Of a stretch of DNA of 41,531 nt, positions 18,734 through 28,208 are shown one piece after another (within the stretch, counting starts at the first letter, position 1; the number at the start of each line of letters is the position of its first letter). Origin of the DNA: a virus; UHGV virus genome UHGV-0397187. One strand, 5' to 3'. Below the pieces are notes generated by a model. It was not told the DNA's origin and searched no databases. It saw only the letters and a list, made by a program, of their open reading frames with translations. The translations under genes and the position numbers were made by a program.

Positions 18734-18863
18734 CTGAGTCGGCAGAATCTCCAACAAAAACACGACGTGTAGCAAAGTCTGCAGTACTTTGTGTTGGAGT
18801 TGGTTTTGGTGCCACGGGTTGCTGAGGTTTATTTTCACCTTGTGGCTTGTTTTTTTCAGACAT
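18702..18863 (-). CDS. small Pro/Gln-rich protein, convergent with and overlapping the membrane-protein gene
   Basis: MSEKNKPQGENKPQQPVAPKPTPTQSTADFATRRVFVGDSADSVIEHIKKQPR; aagagga RBS 7 nt upstream of the ATG on the minus strand. Confidence 0.4.
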   Translation of the reverse strand: MSEKNKPQGENKPQQPVAPKPTPTQSTADFATRRVFVGDSADSVIEHIKKQPR

Positions 18864-18957
18864 AAAAATCCTCTTTGTTTGAATTGTTACTTTTGGCGAT
18901 TTAACGATATCAAACACGAGTATATACCGCCAGAAGCTTAATCTGGCACTCCATCTG

Positions 18958-18985
18958 GCCCCGGCATGTCCCGGGGCTTTTTCGT
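18958..18985 (+). terminator. plus-strand intrinsic terminator closing the moron block
   Basis: gccccgg-catgtc-ccggggc followed by tttttcgttgtt. Confidence 0.6.
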
Positions 18986-19080
18986 TGTTAGGCTCCGGAA
19001 ACATCCTCGACTTCTTGTTAGCAAGCCTGAGAGCCTGAATCTTACACTTAGCACCATCCGAACTCTCGGAGGTGAGGCTT

Positions 19081-19422
19081 ATGAAAATGCACAATGCCCC
19101 TCATTCCTGGCCTGACTTACTGGAACTCTTACAAAGTTGGTGGCGTGGAGATACGCCGCTGGGTGCAGTGGTTATGTCAATTATTATGGCTGGTTTGCGC
19201 ATTGCCTATTTTGGCGGTGGCGGCGGCTGGAAACGAAAAACGCTTGAGATTCTGCTTTGTGGTGCTCTGACGCTGACCTTTGCATCCGCGCTTGAGTATG
19301 TCGGATGGCCTAAATCACTTTCTGTTGCCATTGGTGGTGGGGTGGGGCTGATTGGTGTTGATGCTATTCGTGGTGCGGCAATGAGGGTCATCGGTAACAA
19401 GTTCGGTGCCCATAAGGAGTAA
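19081..19422 (+). CDS. holin (lambda S-like, dual-start MKM motif)
   Basis: ATG at 19081 after ggaggtgagg RBS; MKMHN dual-start; hydrophobic segments; directly upstream of endolysin. Confidence 0.75.
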   Translation: MKMHNAPHSWPDLLELLQSWWRGDTPLGAVVMSIIMAGLRIAYFGGGGGWKRKTLEILLCGALTLTFASALEYVGWPKSLSVAIGGGVGLIGVDAIRGAAMRVIGNKFGAHKE

Positions 19423-19425
19423 TTA

Positions 19426-19902
19426 ATGCAGACACTTAATTCCCAGCGTAAAGCTTTCCTTGATATGGTGGCATGGTCAGAAGGAACAGATAACGGACGG
19501 CAGAAAACCAGAAATCACGGTTATGATGTTATTGTCGGTGGCGAACTGTTCACTGATTACTCCGATCACCCCCGCAAACTTGTCACGCTAAATCCGAAAC
19601 TCAAATCAACAGCCGCCGGACGTTACCAGCTTCTTTCACGCTGGTGGGATGCCTACCGCAAGCAACTTGGCCTGAAAGATTTTTCTCCAGAAAGTCAGGA
19701 TGCTGTAGCGCTGCAGCAGATTAAAGAGCGTGGCGCTTTACCGATGATTGACCGCGGCGATATTCGTCAGGCAATCGACCGTTGCAGCAATATCTGGGCT
19801 TCGTTGCCGGGCGCTGGTTACGGTCAGTATGAACATAGAATCGGTGACCTGATTGCCCGATTTAAAGAAGCTGGTGGGGTGGTAAATGAAGCTGAGATAT
19901 AA
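19426..19902 (+). CDS. R: endolysin, lambda R-type lytic transglycosylase
   Basis: NSQRKAFLDMVAWSEGTDNGRQKTRNHGYDVIVGGELFTDYSDHPRKLVTLNPKLKSTAAGRYQLLSRWWDAYRKQLGLKDF matches lambda R almost residue for residue as recalled. Confidence 0.95.
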   Translation: MQTLNSQRKAFLDMVAWSEGTDNGRQKTRNHGYDVIVGGELFTDYSDHPRKLVTLNPKLKSTAAGRYQLLSRWWDAYRKQLGLKDFSPESQDAVALQQIKERGALPMIDRGDIRQAIDRCSNIWASLPGAGYGQYEHRIGDLIARFKEAGGVVNEAEI

Positions 19903-20278
19903 GCTGGTTATTGTTGCCTTCTTTGTTACCGTCATCGGTTCTTTTATCTGGTCTGCCGGGCATTACTACAGCAAATATCAGCACGAAAAGGAGCGCGCTG
20001 ATGAGGCTGTACGAAATGCTGAATCTGCAACAGCCATTACCAGTAACGTCCTGCAATCACTGCAAATCATCAATACAGTTATAGAGGCTAACCAGCATGC
20101 AAAACAGCAGAGCGCACTGGAGTCACAGAGAACCCAGGAAGATATCAAAGTGGCTGTTGCGGATGATGATTGCGCTGTTCGTGTTGTTCCTTCTGGTGCA
20201 GTTAAGCGGTTGCACGAATACGCGAACGGTATACGTGTCGGTGCCGGTCATTCCGTTACCAGCAAGTCTGACGGCTGA
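19886..20278 (+). CDS. Rz: i-spanin (Rz-like)
   Basis: Start overlaps the endolysin stop; N-terminal TM helix LVIVAFFVTVIGSFIW, then charged periplasmic domain. Confidence 0.75.
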   Translation: MKLRYKLVIVAFFVTVIGSFIWSAGHYYSKYQHEKERADEAVRNAESATAITSNVLQSLQIINTVIEANQHAKQQSALESQRTQEDIKVAVADDDCAVRVVPSGAVKRLHEYANGIRVGAGHSVTSKSDG

Positions 20279-20441
20279 AACACCCCAGCCAGATTTACCC
20301 GACCCGTTTACGTGGGGAGCCAGCCTTAACCTGAATGTTGCGTTGTTGTCAGCGTTAGCACAGTGCAACAGGGATAAGGCTGATATCAGGACTTTTGAGA
20401 AAAACAGGGCAGCACAAACCAATGGCACGATTAAACGTTGA
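20163..20441 (+). CDS. Rz1: o-spanin (Rz1-like lipoprotein), overlapping and extending past Rz
   Basis: Other frame inside Rz; signal peptide with lipobox LSGC (MMIALFVLFLLVQLSGCTNT); Pro-rich mature region. Confidence 0.65.
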   Translation: MMIALFVLFLLVQLSGCTNTRTVYVSVPVIPLPASLTAETPQPDLPDPFTWGASLNLNVALLSALAQCNRDKADIRTFEKNRAAQTNGTIKR

Positions 20442-20607
20442 AGTTATCCCACCAGACAGCGAAACGATGAACGAGATTTTTGCAGAGATTGAACGTAAAT
20501 ATGCGCATCAGCCGATGACGCCAAAAGTTATCGATGAAATGCAACGCGAAGCGGCGCGCCTTGTAAGGCGAGTGACAAACACGAAGGTTACGTTTGTTCG
20601 GGACTGA
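20422..20607 (+). CDS. hypothetical small protein
   Basis: ORF with ATG at 20422 (the track start at 20395 is a TTG) between spanins and terminase. Confidence 0.35.
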   Translation: MARLNVEVIPPDSETMNEIFAEIERKYAHQPMTPKVIDEMQREAARLVRRVTNTKVTFVRD

Positions 20608-20664
20608 CATTACAGAAGCTCCTTTGATAAGGGGCTTCGATAATGTCACTAAGAGGAAAAATTC

Positions 20665-21414
20665 ATGGCAAAACCGGACTGGGAGGCCATCGAATCGGCA
20701 TACCGGGCCGGAGTCCTTAGCCTCCGTGATATAGGCGAGAAATACGGCGTTACAGAAGGGGCTATCAGGAAGAGGGCCAAAAAGCTTGGTTGGGTACGCA
20801 GTGGCGGTACGCAGGTTTGCAAAAATGGTACGCAAAAAAGAAAAGTGCGTACCAGCAGAAAGCCTGCCATTACTGGCCTTACACAAAAAGGTACGCAACC
20901 AAAAACAGAACCTACACTGGATACGAAACCGATACGCGGAATGCGTACCGATCCCCCGACTAACCCATTCCAACCCGGTAACCAGCAGGCATTAAAACAC
21001 GGTGGTTATGCCCGTCGCCTTCTGCTCAAAGATGAGGTGATAGAGGACGCTAAAGCGTTGACGCTCGAGGACGAATTATTTCGCCTTCGTGCTAACAACC
21101 TTGTCGCTGCAGAGAATATTGGTCGGTGGCTGGTGTCGCTGGAAGATGCTAATGGGGACCAGGAAAGGAAGATGCTGATGGAAAATATCAGCGCCGCCGA
21201 GAAAGCAATGATGCGCAATACAGTTCGTATTGAGTCCATCGTTGGCACGCTTGCGACGGTAGGAAAAATATTTGCTGATACAGCCTACCGCAAGGCCGCC
21301 ACTGATAAGGTGTCTCTGGAGGCTGATCGTCTTCGCCGTGATGCAGGTATTGATGATGGCAATGGAGAGCGTGACCTCAATGACTTCTACTCTGACATCC
21401 AAAGCGACGCTTAA
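20665..21414 (+). CDS. terminase small subunit (HTH-containing)
   Basis: N-terminal WEAIESAYRAGVLSLRDIGEKYGVTEGAIRKRAKKLGW HTH typical of small terminase subunits; aagagga RBS; directly precedes large terminase. Confidence 0.8.
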   Translation: MAKPDWEAIESAYRAGVLSLRDIGEKYGVTEGAIRKRAKKLGWVRSGGTQVCKNGTQKRKVRTSRKPAITGLTQKGTQPKTEPTLDTKPIRGMRTDPPTNPFQPGNQQALKHGGYARRLLLKDEVIEDAKALTLEDELFRLRANNLVAAENIGRWLVSLEDANGDQERKMLMENISAAEKAMMRNTVRIESIVGTLATVGKIFADTAYRKAATDKVSLEADRLRRDAGIDDGNGERDLNDFYSDIQSDA

Positions 21415-22783
21415 TCCGGCTTTACGTAGTTTCTGGACTACGCGGGCACGTAACAAAGTGCTTTATGGTGGCCGGTCATCGTCAAAATCATGGGATGCCG
21501 CTGGCATTGCCATATTTCTGTCGAATAAATACACCCTGCGTTTTTGTTGTGCCCGTCAGATCCAGAATAAAATCGAAGAGTCGGTTTATACCCTGCTCAA
21601 AATTCAGATAGACAGGTTTGGCCTGCGGCACCGTTTCCGGATTCTGAACAACAAAATCATTAACCGGGTTACTGGCTCGGAATTTGTTTTTTATGGATTA
21701 TGGCGCAACATCGAAGAAATTAAATCACTGGAGGGGATCGATGTGTTGTGGCTGGAAGAAGCCCACGCACTGACGGAATACCAGTGGAAAATTCTGGAGC
21801 CAACGATCCGTAAAGAGGGTTCGGAATGCTGGTTCATATTCAACCCCGGACTTGTTACTGATTTCGTCTGGCGCAACTTCGTTGTTGATCCGCCCGAAGG
21901 CACTCTCATCCGCAAAATTAACTATGACGAAAATCCGTTTCTGTCTGACACCATGCTTAAGGTTATCGACGCGGCGCGACGCCGTGATCCGGATGGTTTT
22001 AAACATGTGTATGAGGGCGTTCCGGAGTCTGATGATGATGCGGCAATCATCAAACTGTCCTGGATAGAAGCCGCAGTGGATGCGCACAAAACGTTAAATT
22101 TCGAACCCAGTGGAAGAAAGCGTATTGGCTTTGACGTGGCTGACAGTGGTACAGATAAGTGCGCTAACGTTTACCGTCACGGATCCGTTGTTTTCTGGGC
22201 CGACGAATGGAAGGCCAAAGAAGATGAATTACTGAAGAGCTGCCAGCGTACTTATCAGGCGGCGCTGGAGCGTGAAGCAGATATTGTTTACGACTCTATC
22301 GGTGTTGGTGCGTCTGCCGGTGCTAAATTCTCTGAAATTAACGCTGACCGGAAGAGCGAGAATGCATACGCGCGACGTGTGAATTACCAGAGGTTTAACG
22401 CTGGTGCTGGTGTGCATGAACCAGATGACGAATACAACGGCATCCCCAACAAAGACTTTTTCGCAAATCTTAAGGCTCAGGCATGGTGGCTGGTGGCTGA
22501 CCGTTTCAGAAATACGTTTAACGCCATTAACAACGGAGAACAGTATCCTGTGGATGAGCTGATCAGCATAGATTCTCGTTGTCCGTTGCTTGAAAAGCTG
22601 AAACTGGAACTGACAACACCTCATCGCGATTTTGACCGTAACGGACGTGTGATGGTCGAAAGTAAAAAAGACCTCGCAAAACGCGAGATACCGTCACCAA
22701 ACGTTGCTGACGCATTCATTATGGCCTTCGCGCCAATTGATACATCGCTGGATATCTGGGAACAGCTGGGGAGACAGGCCTGA
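21362..22783 (+). CDS. terminase large subunit (PBSX-type), start uncertain
   Basis: GGRSSSKSW Walker A-like motif; C-terminal nuclease-like region; ORF spans 21272-22783. Confidence 0.85.
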   Translation: MESVTSMTSTLTSKATLNPALRSFWTTRARNKVLYGGRSSSKSWDAAGIAIFLSNKYTLRFCCARQIQNKIEESVYTLLKIQIDRFGLRHRFRILNNKIINRVTGSEFVFYGLWRNIEEIKSLEGIDVLWLEEAHALTEYQWKILEPTIRKEGSECWFIFNPGLVTDFVWRNFVVDPPEGTLIRKINYDENPFLSDTMLKVIDAARRRDPDGFKHVYEGVPESDDDAAIIKLSWIEAAVDAHKTLNFEPSGRKRIGFDVADSGTDKCANVYRHGSVVFWADEWKAKEDELLKSCQRTYQAALEREADIVYDSIGVGASAGAKFSEINADRKSENAYARRVNYQRFNAGAGVHEPDDEYNGIPNKDFFANLKAQAWWLVADRFRNTFNAINNGEQYPVDELISIDSRCPLLEKLKLELTTPHRDFDRNGRVMVESKKDLAKREIPSPNVADAFIMAFAPIDTSLDIWEQLGRQA

Positions 22784-24249
22784 TGGCACGAAACAAACAA
22801 GCCCTGCGGCGAACTGCGCAGGCCACAGCTGATGGTTATGAGAATTTTATTGCCCGCGTAGGGATGCAGGCACCTAACCAGCACTCAGCATCCACCTACC
22901 GGGCTAATTTCACCAGTCGTAACCGCATGCTGGTGGAATGGTCCTATCGTTCATCTTGGATCATCGGCGAAGCGGTCGATGCTATCCCGGATGATATGAC
23001 CCGCAAAGGCATTCGCATCACTTCGGAAATTGATGCAAAAGATCGCGGCATTCTCGAATCACAACTTGATGAGTTGCAGATCTGGGATGCGCTGAACGAC
23101 GTGCTGAAATGGTCTCGCCTCTACGGCGGCGCGGTCGGCTTCATCATGATCGAGGGGCAGGCACCAATGACCCCGCTGCGGCTCGAAACCATTGGAGAAG
23201 GCAAGTTTAAGGGCATTCTCCCGCTCGACCGCTGGATGATTAACCCGGTGCTGACACGCCGCATTAAAGAGATGGGGCCGGACCTCGGCAAGCCTGAGTT
23301 TTACGACGTGGTGACCACCGCAACGGGCATTCCGGCCTGGCGCATCCATCACAGCCGCCTGATCCGCTTTGATGGCGTCACGCTGCCATTCCAGCAGAAG
23401 ATGACCGAAAACGAATGGGGAATGTCGGTTGTAGAGCGTATCTGGGATCGGCTTACTGCGTTCGACAGCGCCACTGTCGGCGCGGCGCAGCTGGTCTACA
23501 AAGCGCATTTGCGTACCTACAGCGTGGAGAAGCTACGCGAGCTTATCGCACTTGGTGGTCCTGCGTATGAAGCGCTGCTGAAGAACATCGACCTGATCCG
23601 CCAGTTCCAGAGCAATGAAGGCATGACGCTCATGGACTCGCGGGATAAGTTCGAAACCCACCAGTACAGCTTCAGTGGTCTGGATGACATTCTTTCGCAG
23701 TTCGCTGAGCAGATAAGCGGTGCCGTTGGTATCCCGCTGGTGCGACTGTTCGGTCAATCCCCGAAAGGCTTCTCTACTGGTGACGCAGACCTCGCCAACT
23801 ATTACGACCGGGTGAGCTCGTTGCAGGAACGCCGCTTACGGCTGCCGATGCGTCGGATACTGGACATCATGCATCGTTCGGAGCTTGGCAAGCCGCTGCC
23901 GGACGATTTCACGTTTGAGTTTAACCCGCTATGGCAAATGTCTGATGTCGATCGCTCAACGGTGGCGTTAAACACCACCAACGCAATCAGTACAGCGCTG
24001 GGTGATGGTCTGATGACACTGAAAGCCGCTATGACTGATTTGCGAGAAAATTCTGACGTAACCGGCATCGGGGCATCCATTACCGACGAGGACATCGAGA
24101 ATGCCGAAGATGAAGCGCCGCCCGGCATCGGCGAACCTGATGACGAACCGCAGGAACCGTCAGGCGGAAATCCGGTATCGAACCAGCCTACGCAGGATAG
24201 CGCGGGCGGTCGGGGATATCGTAAATGGTCGCTACGATGGTTCAAATGA
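22783..24249 (+). CDS. portal protein
   Basis: 488-aa ORF immediately after large terminase (ATGA overlap), before the head morphogenesis gene; acidic C-terminal tail. Confidence 0.75.
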   Translation: MARNKQALRRTAQATADGYENFIARVGMQAPNQHSASTYRANFTSRNRMLVEWSYRSSWIIGEAVDAIPDDMTRKGIRITSEIDAKDRGILESQLDELQIWDALNDVLKWSRLYGGAVGFIMIEGQAPMTPLRLETIGEGKFKGILPLDRWMINPVLTRRIKEMGPDLGKPEFYDVVTTATGIPAWRIHHSRLIRFDGVTLPFQQKMTENEWGMSVVERIWDRLTAFDSATVGAAQLVYKAHLRTYSVEKLRELIALGGPAYEALLKNIDLIRQFQSNEGMTLMDSRDKFETHQYSFSGLDDILSQFAEQISGAVGIPLVRLFGQSPKGFSTGDADLANYYDRVSSLQERRLRLPMRRILDIMHRSELGKPLPDDFTFEFNPLWQMSDVDRSTVALNTTNAISTALGDGLMTLKAAMTDLRENSDVTGIGASITDEDIENAEDEAPPGIGEPDDEPQEPSGGNPVSNQPTQDSAGGRGYRKWSLRWFK

Positions 24250-24874
24250 CAGTGTCACCGAAATAATGGATGCGCTGGAGCGCTACAGCGAAATCATCAC
24301 CCCATGGGCGACGAAGGTTGCTGAGAACTTTACCGCCGACATTGCGCGCCAGAATGAAAAGCAGTGGCGTCAGCACAGCAGGAACATCAGCGCAGAGCTG
24401 CGCAACATGGTCGACCGCGCCCCGGTAGGCCAGGTGATGAAATCCATCGTCGCCGAGCAAATTAAGTACATCAAGTCACTGCCTCTTGAGGCCGCCGATC
24501 GGGTGTATGACATTCAGAACAAGGCCATCGAGGCCGTTGTGTCTGGTGGCCGCGCTGAGCCATTCGCGAAAGAGATAGCTGCGTCCGGTGACGTGTCACG
24601 CTCACGAGCGAACCTTATCGCCCGTACTGAACTTGGACGTGCAACCGGCGCGCTGGATCAGGCGCGTGCGCTGTCAATTGGTTCGAATGGTTATATCTGG
24701 CGTACAGCCGAAGATGGTGACGTCAGGCATTCTCATCGGGAAATGGAAGGTAAATTTGTCGAATGGGGCAAACCTCCAACGCTTGATGGCATGACCGGTC
24801 ACGCTGGCGAGCTCCCGAATTGTCGCTGTTATAAAGAAATCGTTTTTCCCACCTCCCAATCTTATCCCGCCTGA
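24101..24874 (+). CDS. head morphogenesis protein (Mu F / SPP1 gp7-like), start uncertain
   Basis: ARTELGRATG...YIWRTAEDGDVRHSHREMEGKF resembles the Mu F-like minor head domain; the ORF overlaps the portal by about 150 nt, so the true start may be the Met at 24266. Confidence 0.6.
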   Translation: MPKMKRRPASANLMTNRRNRQAEIRYRTSLRRIARAVGDIVNGRYDGSNDSVTEIMDALERYSEIITPWATKVAENFTADIARQNEKQWRQHSRNISAELRNMVDRAPVGQVMKSIVAEQIKYIKSLPLEAADRVYDIQNKAIEAVVSGGRAEPFAKEIAASGDVSRSRANLIARTELGRATGALDQARALSIGSNGYIWRTAEDGDVRHSHREMEGKFVEWGKPPTLDGMTGHAGELPNCRCYKEIVFPTSQSYPA

Positions 24875-24888
24875 ATCGCAGGTAACAC

Positions 24889-26109
24889 ATGAAATATTTT
24901 TTCAATACCCGGCTGGGGGAAACCCGCTATCAGCTGGCTGACGGCTCGTTGCTGTGCAAAGACGTGCCGATAGGACGAACAGGTAAGCAGCTCTATGGTG
25001 CTGATGACCTGCCAAAACTGAAACCCGATAAGTTCGGTGAAATAGTCGTCACGCGTTCTCCTGAGCAGGTATTCCATCCCGCCACGCTTGCCTCATTCGA
25101 AGGAATGAGTATCACGGTGTTGCATCCCGAGGATGAAAACGGGGATGTGCGGCTGGTGAATCCAGAGAACTGGAAAGAGCTTGCTGTCGGGCATCTTCAG
25201 AATGTCCGGCGCGGGACGGGTATGCAGTCTGATTTGATGCTGGCTGACCTTATCGTCAAAGACGAAAGCGCCATTCAGCTTATCGATGATGGCCTGCGCG
25301 AAGTGTCGTGTGGCTATGACGCGGAGTACGAGCAGACCGAGCCAGGCAAAGCCGAGCAGGTCGATATTACCGGAAACCATGTGGCTCTTGTCCCTAAAGG
25401 CAGAGCCGGAAATCGTTGTGCAATTGGAGACAGAGACACAATGGCAAATCAAAAGAAAAACTGGTGGAACCGCATGCGTGCAGCCATCAAGACAGGAGAT
25501 GCCGACACCATGAACGAACTGGTGGAGTCGGCTCCCGCATCGGTTACAGGAGATGAGGGGGATTTGCCGCAGGGCGTTAATCTCAACATCAACCTGTCCC
25601 CGCAGCAACCGCTACCGGACAAAGCACCAGAGATGGGTGGAGGTCCAACCGGCGACAGTGATGATGACCTCAAAACATTACTGAAAGCCCTGCTGGCTAA
25701 GCTGGAAGGAAATGCGACGGGCGATAACGATAATAAGCCTGACGATAATCCGACCGGTGATGGCGAGGATGATGAAGAGGAAACCACGATTACTGGTGAC
25801 TCAGCCTGGCGTGCCGAAGTTATCGTTCCGGGTATCGATCTGAGCCGTAAGATGAAACCGACCGCGTTCAAACGCGAGGTTCTGGCTTCCGCAGATAAAA
25901 CGCTGGTTCGCCAGATAGTCGGTGATGCGGATATCCGCAAATTGCCGAAACAATCAGTCGACATGGCGTTTAATGCCGTGTCTGAGATTGCCAAAGGGCG
26001 AAACACCCGCGCCACCACCGGCGATGCACAGCGCCCAAATATGGGCATGACCAGTATCGCTTCCCTGAACAAACAAAACGCTGAATTCTGGGCAAACCGT
26101 AAAGGGTAA
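24889..26109 (+). CDS. capsid scaffolding / prohead protein (DUF2213-like)
   Basis: 406-aa ORF between head morphogenesis and capsid genes with a long acidic, low-complexity middle region. Confidence 0.5.
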   Translation: MKYFFNTRLGETRYQLADGSLLCKDVPIGRTGKQLYGADDLPKLKPDKFGEIVVTRSPEQVFHPATLASFEGMSITVLHPEDENGDVRLVNPENWKELAVGHLQNVRRGTGMQSDLMLADLIVKDESAIQLIDDGLREVSCGYDAEYEQTEPGKAEQVDITGNHVALVPKGRAGNRCAIGDRDTMANQKKNWWNRMRAAIKTGDADTMNELVESAPASVTGDEGDLPQGVNLNINLSPQQPLPDKAPEMGGGPTGDSDDDLKTLLKALLAKLEGNATGDNDNKPDDNPTGDGEDDEEETTITGDSAWRAEVIVPGIDLSRKMKPTAFKREVLASADKTLVRQIVGDADIRKLPKQSVDMAFNAVSEIAKGRNTRATTGDAQRPNMGMTSIASLNKQNAEFWANRKG

Positions 26110-26112
26110 AAA

Positions 26113-26619
26113 ATGAATAATGTATTTCTGTACCGGATGCCTGTTGGCATTGCCGGGGCTGTCTCTCGCCCGCAGGACTTAACCGTCGAACCGGTGGTCC
26201 TTAAATCCGATAACGCCTTTGCTGCCTATGGGCTGGCTGGTAAATACGATGATGACGGTTTTTTCGTGCCGCTGGCAGATGGTGATACCGCAGACAAGGT
26301 GAAGGGGATCTATGTGCGCCCTTATCCGACCACTTCGCAGCCGGACATGGTTCGCCAGGTGGGGAGTGGCAAGAACTTCCCTGGCGACGCCATGAAGCGT
26401 GGCTACGTGACCGTTAATCTCGGTTCTGATTTTGATGCCAGCACCATCAAAAAAGGCGACCCGGTATACGTTGTCGTCTCCACTGATGAATCCATCAAAG
26501 TGCCGCTGGGTGGATTCATGGCCACGTCAGTCAGTGGCAAAAACGTGGTGCTGACCAACGCTGAATTCACAGGTGCCGGTGATGCTAACGGCAATGCAGA
26601 AATTTCCTGGAAGATTTAA
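26113..26619 (+). CDS. capsid-associated structural protein (DUF2190-like)
   Basis: 168-aa ORF directly upstream of the major capsid gene. Confidence 0.45.
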   Translation: MNNVFLYRMPVGIAGAVSRPQDLTVEPVVLKSDNAFAAYGLAGKYDDDGFFVPLADGDTADKVKGIYVRPYPTTSQPDMVRQVGSGKNFPGDAMKRGYVTVNLGSDFDASTIKKGDPVYVVVSTDESIKVPLGGFMATSVSGKNVVLTNAEFTGAGDANGNAEISWKI

Positions 26620-26630
26620 GGAACAGACGA

Positions 26631-27572
26631 ATGATTACTTTTGATCAGGCAACCGTTGACAGCTCTGGTGCCTTTCTCATCGGGGAGCTGGAGCGACTCG
26701 ACCAGACGCTGAACCTGCCACTGGTGGGGTACACCTGGACCCGCGATATTCAGTTGCGTGAAGATGTCTCTATCGCAGATGACATTTCCAGCTGGACGAA
26801 TACCAGCTTCGCCGCTGCGGGTACTGGTGCAAATCCGAATGGCAAAAACTGGGTAGGCAAAGACTCAACCGCTATTGCTGGCGTAAACGTGGATATCGGC
26901 AAATCCGGTAACCCGCTGAACCTGTGGGGGATGGAACTTGGCTGGACGGTCATAGAATTGCAGGCTGCTCAGCAGGTCGGACGCCCGATCGATACGCAGA
27001 AGTATGACGGGATGCAACTGAAATGGCAGATGGATAACGATGAACAGGTATATGTTGGCGATTCCGCATTAAACCTGAAAGGCCTTGTTACCCTGGACGG
27101 CGTGCCTGTCAACAACGCTGCCAAAACGTGGGCAACCTCAACACCGGACGAAATCCGCGCAAGCATTAACCAGGTGCTGTCTGATGCGTGGGCCGCTTCT
27201 GGTTACTCTGTGGTCCCGCGTGATTTGCTGATCCCGCCTGAGCAGTTTGCTCTGTTGTCCAGCATCATCGTTTCATCTGCGGGTAACCAGTCCCTGTTGA
27301 CGTACCTTCAGACCAACACCATCAGCTATCACCAGAACGGTATTCCGCTGAATATCCGCGCGGTTAAATGGCTGAAAGGCCGTGGTGTGGGGAATAAGGA
27401 TCGCATGGTTGCGTACACCAACGATAAAAAATACGTCCGCTACCCGCTGGTTCCGCTTCAGAGCGTGCCGGTGCAGTATCGCGGTCTGTATCAGATCGTC
27501 ACTTACTACGGCAAGCTGGGTGCAGTCGAGCCAGTGTACAAAGAAACCATTTCGTACGTTGATGGCATTTAA
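26631..27572 (+). CDS. major capsid protein
   Basis: 313-aa ORF in the canonical position after scaffold; family recognition by recollection. Confidence 0.65.
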   Translation: MITFDQATVDSSGAFLIGELERLDQTLNLPLVGYTWTRDIQLREDVSIADDISSWTNTSFAAAGTGANPNGKNWVGKDSTAIAGVNVDIGKSGNPLNLWGMELGWTVIELQAAQQVGRPIDTQKYDGMQLKWQMDNDEQVYVGDSALNLKGLVTLDGVPVNNAAKTWATSTPDEIRASINQVLSDAWAASGYSVVPRDLLIPPEQFALLSSIIVSSAGNQSLLTYLQTNTISYHQNGIPLNIRAVKWLKGRGVGNKDRMVAYTNDKKYVRYPLVPLQSVPVQYRGLYQIVTYYGKLGAVEPVYKETISYVDGI

Positions 27573-27613
27573 CAGCCACATGGCCCCCTGGCGGGGCCAT
27601 TAAGGATGACCCG

Positions 27614-27835
27614 ATGGCAAAAAATAATGCAGTAATACACGTACATACCCCGTTTGTGCTCACGCTTCCCGACGGTTCACGGCGCGAGTTTGTTAAAGGC
27701 CGTCATGCTGTGGAGGAAGACGTTGCCACGCACTGGTTCACTCGTGCGCACGCGGAAGTATCCGTTGGCAAAGCCACAGACGCGCGTAACGAGGTAAAAA
27801 ATGCCAAAGAATCAAAGTCTGCCAGCGGTAAGTGA
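27614..27835 (+). CDS. hypothetical head-associated protein
   Basis: 73-aa ORF between capsid and head-tail genes. Confidence 0.35.
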   Translation: MAKNNAVIHVHTPFVLTLPDGSRREFVKGRHAVEEDVATHWFTRAHAEVSVGKATDARNEVKNAKESKSASGK

Positions 27836-28208
27836 TTTTCGCCGCGACTTCCCGCAGTTTGCTGACCCTGCCAAATATCCCGAAGCGCAAATCCAGTTTC
27901 GTCTGAATCTGGCCGATGAACTGCTGAGCGAAAACGTCACCGGCAAAAAGTTGTTTCCGTACTTTGCCGGGTTGTTCGTTGCGCACTACATGACGCTCTG
28001 GGCGGCAGACAGCCGGGCGATGCTGGCTGGTGGTTCGGGCGGTTCAACCAATGGTGTTCAGTCCTCAAAGTCCGTGGATAAGGTAAGCGTCAGTTATGAC
28101 ACCAGCGCGACGCTGAATCCTGATGCAGGTTTCTGGAATAACACCCGATATGGCGCTGAATTTTATCAGTTGATCACGATGTTCGGTGCAGGCGGTCGCC
28201 AGCTATGA
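27801..28208 (+). CDS. head-tail connector-type protein (DUF4054-like)
   Basis: 135-aa ORF in the head-completion block; tightly packed with neighbours. Confidence 0.45.
   Translation: MPKNQSLPAVSDFRRDFPQFADPAKYPEAQIQFRLNLADELLSENVTGKKLFPYFAGLFVAHYMTLWAADSRAMLAGGSGGSTNGVQSSKSVDKVSVSYDTSATLNPDAGFWNNTRYGAEFYQLITMFGAGGRQL

Noticed and set aside
20431-20973. Minus-strand 180-aa ORF overlapping the small terminase
   Set aside because: Opposite a gene with a clear terminase HTH and good RBS; no start context.
25449-26150. Minus-strand 233-aa Ser-rich ORF
   Set aside because: Antisense to the scaffold gene's acidic low-complexity region, which automatically yields a long open antisense frame.
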